Shown here: positions 9,733 to 18,216 of the stretch, in pieces
Layout of the letters: each line of letters begins with the position of its first letter
Position numbering within the stretch: position 1 is the first letter of the stretch
Source of the DNA: Promethearchaeota archaeon
GTDB taxonomy: Archaea; Asgardarchaeota; Lokiarchaeia; Sigyniarchaeales; SOKP01
Reading direction: 5' to 3'
Length of the DNA stretch: 25,237 nucleotides
Assembly (NCBI GenBank): GCA_016926735.1
Contig: JAFGOA010000097.1
Location: forward strand, 1-25,237
Position numbers and translations under genes: made by a program
The notes under the pieces: model-generated
What the model saw: the letters and a program-made list of their open reading frames with translations, nothing else
The model's database searches: none
Told to the model about the DNA's origin: nothing

Positions 9733-10398
9733 TTATTTTTTCTTTATAAATCTATAAACGACAACATCTATTTTTTTTCTTGAGTGCGTATGAAACGGGA
9801 AAGCTTTATCCAAAATGATTGTATATGGAAGGAAATAATCTATCTGCCAATTATGTTGTTTTGCATAATTATCGATAAATTTTTGTACTTTATCACTTGC
9901 TGCATGTATTGAATAAATAACATTAGAGAATGAAAAAGCTTTTTTTAGAAAAATCCTATCCGCATTTTCTTTTTGTATACCGAATGGAGGATTCATAATT
10001 GTTGTTAATTTTAGATCCTTTGAAATAGTCTTAAAATTGAATTCTAAGGTTTCTAAATTAGCACATACAGGATGAATCATATTTTCTAAATGTAAGGAAT
10101 AAATATTTTTTTTTAATATATTCAAAGCATCAATATCTATATCGATACTCAAGATTGCACTGGCTTTCAAAAAAGCACTTGCAATTGATAATCTTCCGGT
10201 TCCAGTACCTAAGTCTAAAATAATTTTATTAGAGATATCATTAAATTCCACACCTGCAAAAAAAACAATATCAACTGCACAAATAGCATCAATTGTATAT
10301 TGTTCTAATTGGATTTTTGGTTTTACAAATCCTTCAGTGTTTTGAATAATATTTATAAGATCTTTTTTTCTAATTTTAATTTCCTCCATATAATCCAC
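9733..10398 (-). CDS. METTL5-family (COG2263-like) SAM-dependent RNA adenine methyltransferase
   Basis: PKIQLEQY, motif I DLGTGTGRL, motif IV NPPFG, C-terminal FH...IDV; lies next to csl4, as in other archaea. Confidence 0.85.
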   Translation of the reverse strand: MDYMEEIKIRKKDLINIIQNTEGFVKPKIQLEQYTIDAICAVDIVFFAGVEFNDISNKIILDLGTGTGRLSIASAFLKASAILSIDIDIDALNILKKNIYSLHLENMIHPVCANLETLEFNFKTISKDLKLTTIMNPPFGIQKENADRIFLKKAFSFSNVIYSIHAASDKVQKFIDNYAKQHNWQIDYFLPYTIILDKAFPFHTHSRKKIDVVVYRFIKKK

Positions 10399-10500
10399 GA
10401 GATCTTAATCATTTATTATGAATAAATTTATTTACATTAATAAATTTTAAATAATTAGAAAAGAAATTAATGAGAATATCTCTCGGTTCTGTTAAGTTTT

Positions 10501-11097
10501 ATGAAAAAAATATTGAAAAATAATGATATTGTACTAACTGGAGAATATTTAGGTGTTGTTGAGGAGTACCTTCCTGATAAAAATTCTACATTTATTAAAG
10601 ATGGAGCTATTTTTGCTACTAAAACAGGATTAGTTAACTTAGATATAGAAAAGAGAAAGATTGAAATAAAAACACACCAAGAAGAAGATAGAAAAACAGT
10701 TAAGGTTGGCGATACAGTTATTGGATCTATCTTATTTATAAGAAAATATTCTGTTGGTCTTAATTTCTATACAATTAATAAAAAAGTACATTTTAATTCG
10801 TATTTTTTTGGTAATGTGCATGTAAGCCAAATTTCTAATAAATATGTTGAACAAATAGAAGATGCTTTTCAAGTTACAGACATTATTCGAGCTAAAGTTG
10901 TAGAAGAAAAAGAAAATGAATATGATCTAACTACTTCTGGAAAAAATCTTGGAGTTATTCATGCTGATTGTTCCATTTGTGGAACAGCATTAGAGAAAAT
11001 TGCATTTAACAAACTCAGATGCTCAACATGTGGAAATATAGAAAGTAGAAAATTAGCTCATGATTATGGAGAAATTAATGAACATTTAAGATACTAA
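10501..11097 (+). CDS. csl4: Exosome RNA-binding cap subunit Csl4
   Basis: N-terminal VLTGEYLG..EE domain, S1 domain (HVSQIS..F...DIIRAKV), C-terminal Zn ribbon CSICG...CSTCG..ESRK. Confidence 0.92.
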   Translation: MKKILKNNDIVLTGEYLGVVEEYLPDKNSTFIKDGAIFATKTGLVNLDIEKRKIEIKTHQEEDRKTVKVGDTVIGSILFIRKYSVGLNFYTINKKVHFNSYFFGNVHVSQISNKYVEQIEDAFQVTDIIRAKVVEEKENEYDLTTSGKNLGVIHADCSICGTALEKIAFNKLRCSTCGNIESRKLAHDYGEINEHLRY

Positions 11098-11152
11098 TTT
11101 TATTCTTTTAACTAAAATATATTATACAATAAATTTTATCAATTGAAGGTTT

Positions 11153-11374
11153 ATGGCTAAAGGAAAAAGAACAATACAGTTTTACAATGAAAATGGCAAT
11201 TTAGAGAATGTAATTAAATTCCTTGAGACAATACAAAAAAAAATAAATTATATTAATTTAAGTTGTGTTGTTGAGGGAAAAGTAATAAAAGTTAAAATAT
11301 CTGGTCCTCGAGATTTACAACATCTTGCAATTGAAAGAATGAAAGATTTAGCCGAAAAACTATTATCAATCTAG
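11153..11374 (+). CDS. Small protein resembling the N-terminal domain of archaeal DUF2067 proteins
   Basis: 73 aa with an AAGGT just upstream. Sits between csl4 and rpoL, where DUF2067 lies in Thermococcales. Pattern K.TI....E...FL..IQ.......IKVKISG....AI.R resembles my recollection of the DUF2067 N-terminus. Confidence 0.55.
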   Translation: MAKGKRTIQFYNENGNLENVIKFLETIQKKINYINLSCVVEGKVIKVKISGPRDLQHLAIERMKDLAEKLLSI

Positions 11375-11448
11375 TTTATTTAGACCAAAAAACATTTATT
11401 TTATATATTACTTATTTCAATAAGAAAAAATATATAGGAGATATTGTA

Positions 11449-11928
11449 ATGGCAAAAAAGAAAGAAGAAACAAATGAAAATGATTTTGATGATCTAGAAG
11501 ATCTTGATGATGGTGAAATTGAATCAGTTTATCCTAAAATAGAGAAATCCAGAGAAAAAGGCAGTTCAGAAGCACTAGACGATATTGATGATGATCTCGA
11601 AGAAGAAGAAGAATTTGAAGAACCTATTCAAGACAAAGCTCCAACTTATAAATATCTTGACTTAGATATTGTCCAAAAAGAAGGAAAAAAAAATTATGAG
11701 ATTTATATCGAAGGTCAATCTCATGGCTTCCTAAATGTTTTTGTTAAACATCTCCTAGAGTTGGAAGGTGTAGATATAGCAGCTTACAAAAAAAACAATA
11801 TACAATCTCCAATGATCTTTCTTAAGCTTAAGGAAGGATTTAAAATAAAAGAAATTCTTAGAAAGGGTATTAATAATCTAAGAGATGAGATTGGACAAGT
11901 ACAAAAGATTTTTAAAAATCTCACATAA
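11449..11928 (+). CDS. rpoL: DNA-directed RNA polymerase subunit L (Rpo11) with acidic N-terminal extension
   Basis: C-terminal ~90 aa fits RpoL/Rpb11 (IEGQSHGFLN..LL...GVDIAAY...). Conserved position after csl4. SD AGGAG at 11436-11440. Confidence 0.8.
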   Translation: MAKKKEETNENDFDDLEDLDDGEIESVYPKIEKSREKGSSEALDDIDDDLEEEEEFEEPIQDKAPTYKYLDLDIVQKEGKKNYEIYIEGQSHGFLNVFVKHLLELEGVDIAAYKKNNIQSPMIFLKLKEGFKIKEILRKGINNLRDEIGQVQKIFKNLT

Positions 11929-11986
11929 CAAAACTCAAACTTATTATGATAATTTTTTAAAGTAATAAAAATCAAATTTACTTATA

Positions 11987-12439
11987 ATGGTTTATGACTT
12001 TTTAGTTAAAGATCTTCCTAAAACTCAAAAGGCTATAGGTACAGATAAAGGATTAGCTAAAATAGGGGATTCAATAGTAAATCTTACATACTCAGTTGCA
12101 AAATCTATTTTTTTAACAAATAATCAATGTGATAATAAAATTATTCGAACAGGGCAAAAAGTAAACAAACAGATTTTAGCAGAAGCTTTAAAAAAAGCAA
12201 ATATGAAAAATTTTGCAAAAAATAGAGCAGATGCTCATGATCTTGCAGATACAGTAGAAGCAATTTTAGCATATGTTTGGATAAATAGAATTATTACAAT
12301 AGATGAGATAATTGATTTATTAAAAAATAATCTATCATACAATATTATAAATCGAGTTAAGGAAATTGAAATTGCTGCAAATGCATTTGCTAAATTGTTA
12401 GATAAAATAAAAGAATTTTTACCAGAAAAAAAAATATGA
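11987..12439 (+). CDS. Archaeal RNase III-like protein lacking a dsRBD (Ribonucleas_3_2-like)
   Basis: DKGLAKIGDSIVNL..S.A and ADTVEAILAYVW match the archaeal RNase III-domain family; 150 aa. Confidence 0.8.
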   Translation: MVYDFLVKDLPKTQKAIGTDKGLAKIGDSIVNLTYSVAKSIFLTNNQCDNKIIRTGQKVNKQILAEALKKANMKNFAKNRADAHDLADTVEAILAYVWINRIITIDEIIDLLKNNLSYNIINRVKEIEIAANAFAKLLDKIKEFLPEKKI

Positions 12440-13005
12440 AAGAATTTCCTATTGTATTTGGATTTGATGATGCTACATTTCGTTCAAAATCAAATATAAA
12501 TAAAACATATTTGATTGGAGTTATTTGTCAAGGTGTAAGAATAGTTAAGGTTGAAAAGGAAAAAATAGATATTGATGGAGATGATTCATCAGAAAAATTA
12601 ATCAAGTTAATTCTTAAAAATATCCATCATGTACAATTTATACTTACTCATTCTGTGACTTTTGGGGGGTTTAATTTAATGGATATGAAAAAAATCTTTA
12701 AAGAAACTAAAAAACCTATAATTGCTGTTACAGAAAGAGAGGTTGATATTGACTCTGTAAAAGAAGCGATTATTAAAAGATTTCCAAATACCTATAGATT
12801 AAAATTTGATATGATTTTTAATGCAGGAAATCTATATGAAACGGAGATTAATACTGCAGCAGGTAAATCTAAGATCTTTTACCATTGTATAGGTATTGGA
12901 AATGAAGAAGCAGAAAAATTATTTCCAAAAATATGTATTGATTCAAAATTACCCGAAGCAATACGTATAGCTCATATAATAGGTAGAGCATTTAGAAATT
13001 ATTAA
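12436..13005 (+). CDS. DUF99 family (endonuclease V-like / endonuclease dU) protein
   Basis: GFDDA.F, DGDD, SVTFGGFN, PIIAV, PEAIRIAHIIG. ATGA start/stop overlap with the upstream gene. Confidence 0.85.
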   Translation: MKEFPIVFGFDDATFRSKSNINKTYLIGVICQGVRIVKVEKEKIDIDGDDSSEKLIKLILKNIHHVQFILTHSVTFGGFNLMDMKKIFKETKKPIIAVTEREVDIDSVKEAIIKRFPNTYRLKFDMIFNAGNLYETEINTAAGKSKIFYHCIGIGNEEAEKLFPKICIDSKLPEAIRIAHIIGRAFRNY

Positions 13006-13010
13006 AAAAT

Positions 13011-13475
13011 TTAATCGACTAACTCATATTCTAAGATTTCACACATTCTATCTTTAAGATCTGTTCTTATTGCACTCATACCATAAGTCTTAACTCCTAA
13101 TTTCTTCTCAACGATATCAGGACTGAGTGCATTTTTAAGATCCTGTTTGTTTGCAATTGCAATGATTTTTGAATCCAAATATTTTGTAAATCTTTTAAGA
13201 ATTTCTTTTGTCTTATCGAGATTTTTTTGAGTAGAATCACATACAATCACAGTTAGACCAGATTGTCGTAAAAAATCTTTCCACATAAATCTAAATCTTT
13301 CTTGTCCAGCCAAATCCCAAATAGAACATTTTTTTCCATTTAAAATTGAATCCTCAATTTCTAGACCTATAGTTGGTGTTCTATCCTTTTCAATTTGTTT
13401 CCCTTGAAGTAAAGATATTAAAGAAGACTTACCAACTCCACCTTCTCCTATTATACATATTTTTTGATTTTCCAC
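13011..13475 (-). CDS. Ras-superfamily small GTPase (Arf/Rab-like eukaryotic signature protein), GTG start
   Basis: G1 GEGGVGKS, G2 PTIG, G3 WDLAGQ, G4 NKQD, G5 SAI; 154 aa. Confidence 0.92.
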   Translation of the reverse strand: MENQKICIIGEGGVGKSSLISLLQGKQIEKDRTPTIGLEIEDSILNGKKCSIWDLAGQERFRFMWKDFLRQSGLTVIVCDSTQKNLDKTKEILKRFTKYLDSKIIAIANKQDLKNALSPDIVEKKLGVKTYGMSAIRTDLKDRMCEILEYELVD

Positions 13476-13609
13476 AATATAGACCTAATTATTTGTAATT
13501 ATCTTATAAAATAAATTAAAAACACTTTACAAAAATTTGAATAATACTTGGATATTATCGAGATAGTATTCATATATTCGGGGAATTAAGCTTCCCATCA
13601 TAATCCAAC

Positions 13610-13633
13610 TTTTTTTTTAGCTATAAAAAAAAA
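13610..13633. terminator. Possible oligo-T terminator (T9-AGCTAT-A9)
   Basis: The A9 run reads as T9 on the minus strand ~85 nt downstream of the kinase end (13717). A GGGAA-ttaagc-TTCCC hairpin lies nearby (13581-13596). Confidence 0.3.
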
Positions 13634-13716
13634 CCAAAAATAATTAGTCTAAGATAATATTAAAAGAATAATTCTAATTTATCTTCTAAAATGAGTTATA
13701 TTTCTTTATAGATTAT

Positions 13717-15147
13717 TTAATTTATGGGTAGATCTATAATGAACTTACTTCCTTGAGAGAAATCATCTTTTATTCTATTTTCAACCCAGATTTTCCCATT
13801 GTAGAGATCTATAATTTTTTTTACCAGTAACAACCCTAATCCCATACCACTCAGATCTTCTTTTTGTCTTTTAATTCTATGAAATATAGATTTTTTACGA
13901 TTATCTTCTATTCCTATTCCATTATCTATGAATTCTAATCTATAATAAGATGAGTTTTGATTATAGTGATATCGAATATTTATTTCAATCTGAACAATTG
14001 AACTTCTATTTTATTTGACAGCATTGATTAAAAGGTTATGAAATATATTTTTAATCAATGAATTAGCATTAATAAAGACCTTTTCCTTTTCAGATTTAAT
14101 ACTAATTACTATTTCTTTATTTTGAAATGATTCTTTTATCATCCTTGTAGATTCATTGAGTATTTCTATGATTTCTATTTGTTCTCTAAATAGTATCATT
14201 TCTTTGATTTGGGAAAGTTTCTGGACATTTTCAGCTAAGTTTGATCCCCTAAATACCTGTTCTTTGATAATATTTAACAATTTTTCTATTTTTAAAAGGA
14301 TTTTTTCATTTTTAAGATCTTCCTCAATCATTTGAGTTGATAATAATATATTTTGTAATAAATTGTTTATATCATGAGCAAATAAATCCTTATAGATTTC
14401 AGCACGATCATATGCTTCTTTATATCTTTTTTCTGACTGTATCTGCTCTATTTCAGCATGTCTTCTTTCTTTAATTTCATCATTTAACTTTTGCATAGTT
14501 AAAATCATCTCTTTTTTATTTTTTTGCTCAATTTCTCTAAATTTTATTATTTGATCTTCAATAATAACTACTATGGAAAGTACTACATATAAAGTTGTAA
14601 ATATTAGACTCATAGCCCAAAATAATTCAGTAGAACTATTTATTCCTAAGTTTTTTAAAAAATCTGCAATTATACTGATAAAAATTGATACTAACATTAA
14701 AAATAATATAGCACGTGATGTCGTTTTTTTCTTAATATAGATTCTTAAAATTAAAAATATACAGATTATCATTAGCATAATCATTATTATTTGAACATAA
14801 ATAATAATTAATGTAACTATTTGAAAAAAAGCAAAATGAATCTTTCTGTAATCTATAGCTGTTTCTGTATTTATAATAAAAGTGTTATAATAATCCCATC
14901 CAACAGCTATAAGAGTTAATATAATAGCGCCCATATATAAAATATTAGTATATACTTGGGTAACTTCTATAGAATCAAGTCGATCTATTTGGGCAATTGT
15001 CATTGCAATTGTATAGATTAATCCTGCATAGAACCATAATCGGAATTCAACATGCTTTATAACAACATAACATAATAACACTGTACCAATAATAGATAAA
15101 ATCCAAGAAATCTGACCTAAAATGGGATATAGAACTTGTAAAAACAT
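13717..15147 (-). pseudogene. Membrane sensor histidine kinase (6-7 TM, HisKA, HATPase_c) interrupted by one in-frame TAA at 14011-14013
   Basis: H-box FAHDINNLLQ; N-box NLLINAVK*. The same frame continues 97 codons with G1 FIDNGIGI, F-box IF, G2 GMGLGL and GKIWVE...GSKFIIDLP to TAA at 13717-13719. Confidence 0.85.
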
Positions 15148-15407
15148 TGTACTAATACTGTATTAATTAGATAGTCAATTTTACTATTCTTATTTGAAAT
15201 ATATAGTATTCTGTTATATATTCTTATACATAGAATAATCTTAATATTCACTATTAAATCATTTTTTTATAATTTAAAAATAGATTTTCTTTTTTTTGAT
15301 CTCAATATAAAATCACATTATAATAATTTAAACTAAAAGGATGAATTTAAATAATAAAATAAATGATATTTCTAAAACAGAACTCCTTTTTAAAATTTGT
15401 GAATATT

Positions 15408-17309
15408 ATGACCGAAAAATATGAGAATGTGGAATTAATTGAAGAAGAAGTTAAAATTCTTCAATATATGGAAGAAAAATTAGGAGTGGTAATCCCCAAA
15501 ATCGATAAAATCGCATGGGATGATTATAAAATTGATAAAAATACTCATCTTGTAGAAAAATTTAGACAACATCAATTTGGTTTTGTTGCAAAAAATAATC
15601 ATGTAATTGAATTAGGATTGAGCTATAACAGTATAAACGAAAGAAAAATCAAGATCCTCCAATTTATGCCAAAGCTCTCAGTATTTAAAAACCTTAAATC
15701 TTTAGATATAAATGGTTGGGAAAAAGTATTTGAAGCACGGCTTAGTGAAGAAAAAAAACGATATGAAAATTATTTAGAAACAACTCGTAAAATGTATCGT
15801 ACAGTAGAGGAAAGACGTGAGGCTCAAGCTAAAGCACAAAGAGATAAATATCAACCGATATCGGGATTAACATTCCATGATGTATGGCTGCAAATAAAAG
15901 ATTTTTCAGAACTTGAATATCTCGATGTATCTCAATGTCTATTAGAGGGTGCAAAGTTTGGAAAAATATTGACTAACCTGAAATATTTAGATTTATCTTA
16001 TAACAACATTGTAAATTTCAAAACTGAATCTGAGAGTATGGAAAAACTTGAAATTCTCATAGTAAATAATAATCCATTGGATGTTTTCCCAGAAGAGTTG
16101 ACCAAAGCAATAAATCTTAAGAAATTAAATTTATCTGAGACAAATATAAAGGAAATTCCTGAGTTTGTCGGTGATTTAAAATATCTTGAAGAGCTCGAAC
16201 TTCCTTTACAAATTAAAGGATTTCCACAGTCTATAATTCACTTAAAAAATCTTAAAGCTTTAGTTTCTAATCTTTTACCAGATCATATTAAAGAACTACC
16301 TAATTTAAGATCATTAATCATAAGTTCATGCAAAGACGAGAAACTTTCCGATTCCCTTACAGAACTTACATCTCTTAAGGAATTGGTTATTAATAATTGC
16401 CGTTCATTAATATCTTTACCCAAGAATATTGGTAATTTACAGAATCTAGAATCATTAATTATAACAGGGAATTTAGCTCTTGAATCTCTTCCAGAATCAT
16501 TTTTTAATCTTTCAAATCTTCGTACGCTTAATTTGCATAATAATAATCTTAAAAAATTTCCAGATAAATTAGAAAAATTACCCATATTAGAAATATTAAC
16601 CTTATCCAATAATAAATTGGAACATTTACCTTATTCTGTGTTCAAATTAACAAATTTAATCGACTTTGCAATTGAGAACAATCCTCTAGAACTTAATGAT
16701 AAATTAATTTCTGGAAAAACTTTACCTGAGATTAAAGAGTATGCAAAAAAGAAGATGGCAATTAATATATTTATTAGCCATGCTGTAGCTGATTATGAGC
16801 CTTGTCGTTTAAATGAGCTTGGTCAATTTTTAGAAAATCAATTGGAAGTAGATATTGCTTATCTATGTGAACGAGATCTTAGTGGAAATATCGATGGATT
16901 TATGGATAAAAATATCCCCAATTCACAGATAGTCCTCTTTATTGGTACAGCAAACTCTGTAAATTCAGTTGATTGTCAATATGAACTAAAATTATCTCGA
17001 GAATATAATTTACAAATTATTCCTGTTAAAGCAAAAGAACTGGATTGGGGCGACCTTGCTAAAATAGGATTAGCTCGTGAATTAGGTATTGAATGTGATT
17101 TTAAAAATAAAGAAGGGTTTATGAATTTTTGCGAAGATCTTTATTCTTATATTAAGAAATTAAAGCGTCAAATTGATCTACATGATAAAGAACAAGGAAA
17201 AATCGATCGTCTAACGATCGGATTAAAATTAGCAGAGAGAAAAATTGAGTCTTTAGAAAAGAATTTTGAAGATCTAAATTCAAGAATTAACACACTTGAA
17301 AATAAATAA
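15408..17309 (+). CDS. Soluble LRR-TIR-coiled-coil protein (alternative start 15363)
   Basis: About 13-14 LxxLxxLxLxxN/C repeats. TIR-like domain from ~16761 (IFISHA...SQIVLFIGT.NS.NS.DCQYEL...IIPV). Heptad-rich C-terminus. No TM segment seen. Confidence 0.88.
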   Translation: MTEKYENVELIEEEVKILQYMEEKLGVVIPKIDKIAWDDYKIDKNTHLVEKFRQHQFGFVAKNNHVIELGLSYNSINERKIKILQFMPKLSVFKNLKSLDINGWEKVFEARLSEEKKRYENYLETTRKMYRTVEERREAQAKAQRDKYQPISGLTFHDVWLQIKDFSELEYLDVSQCLLEGAKFGKILTNLKYLDLSYNNIVNFKTESESMEKLEILIVNNNPLDVFPEELTKAINLKKLNLSETNIKEIPEFVGDLKYLEELELPLQIKGFPQSIIHLKNLKALVSNLLPDHIKELPNLRSLIISSCKDEKLSDSLTELTSLKELVINNCRSLISLPKNIGNLQNLESLIITGNLALESLPESFFNLSNLRTLNLHNNNLKKFPDKLEKLPILEILTLSNNKLEHLPYSVFKLTNLIDFAIENNPLELNDKLISGKTLPEIKEYAKKKMAINIFISHAVADYEPCRLNELGQFLENQLEVDIAYLCERDLSGNIDGFMDKNIPNSQIVLFIGTANSVNSVDCQYELKLSREYNLQIIPVKAKELDWGDLAKIGLARELGIECDFKNKEGFMNFCEDLYSYIKKLKRQIDLHDKEQGKIDRLTIGLKLAERKIESLEKNFEDLNSRINTLENK

Positions 17310-17347
17310 TTTCTATTTTTTTTATATTTTTAATTATAATGACTTAT

Positions 17348-18022
17348 CTATAATATTATAGGACACAAATCACAATAATAGTATCTATTCTCTCGTAATA
17401 CAATTTTTCCTCTGGAAAATTCAATTTTTTTTTTAAATATTGGTCCATCATATACAAAGGAGTGAAATTCTCCATTTTCTCCACAGAAATCAACATTTGA
17501 TGGGAGTTCAGATAAAAATTGCTGATTAAATTCTCTACCAATAAATTTTTTTTCCAGAGATTTTGTATCTACACAAGTAATAATTGCTTTAAATCCCAAG
17601 TCTATAAATTTATTAGCAAGTTGTAAAGTGTCTTTTTTCCATAGAGGAAAAATTCCTTTTATCCCTAATAAGGATAATTTATCTTCTCGATATTTACGTA
17701 GATCTTCTAAAAAAATATCTCCAAAAGCTACTGAGAATTCGCTTTGTTTTAGAAATTTATTAAGAACTCTACGCATTTTAGCTTCATATTCTTCATTTGA
17801 TGATATTTTTGATAATAAAATTTTTTCAATAGGGACCCCTAAGGATTCTACTTGTTGTTGAAGAAGAATATTTCTAACACCATGCATACTAATCCTATTA
17901 TAATCTTCTGTAATAGTTGTTAATAATGATATTATCTCATATTTCTCAGATTTTAGAAGTTCATAAAAGGTGAGAGCGCAATCTTTTCCACCACTCCAAG
18001 AAAGAACAATTTTCTCCTTCAT
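17348..18022 (-). CDS. Diphthine-ammonia ligase (Dph6/MJ0570)-family PP-loop ATPase, bacterial-type paralogue
   Basis: SWSGGKDC, RISMHGV, FGDIFLEDL, FPLW, CGENGEFHSFVYDGPIF. Confidence 0.85.
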   Translation of the reverse strand: MKEKIVLSWSGGKDCALTFYELLKSEKYEIISLLTTITEDYNRISMHGVRNILLQQQVESLGVPIEKILLSKISSNEEYEAKMRRVLNKFLKQSEFSVAFGDIFLEDLRKYREDKLSLLGIKGIFPLWKKDTLQLANKFIDLGFKAIITCVDTKSLEKKFIGREFNQQFLSELPSNVDFCGENGEFHSFVYDGPIFKKKIEFSRGKIVLRENRYYYCDLCPIIL

Positions 18023-18216
18023 AATAATAAAGGTTAAGGTTTACTGGTTTAATAATTTCATTTTATGGATTAATGGTTTTCTATTGAAATTTGATTTATT
18101 TCCTTAATAAATAAATGTGTTTTCTTTAATAATCATGATAAACGATAACAAATAGTCTATTTTTCTTTTGATGATAAAAAATAAGATAAAAAAAATTTTA
18201 CAGAAATAATTATTAT

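Noticed and set aside
14011-14013. Sec/Pyl recoding of the kinase internal stop
   Set aside because: The codon is TAA, not TGA or TAG, and TAA terminates most genes in this window.
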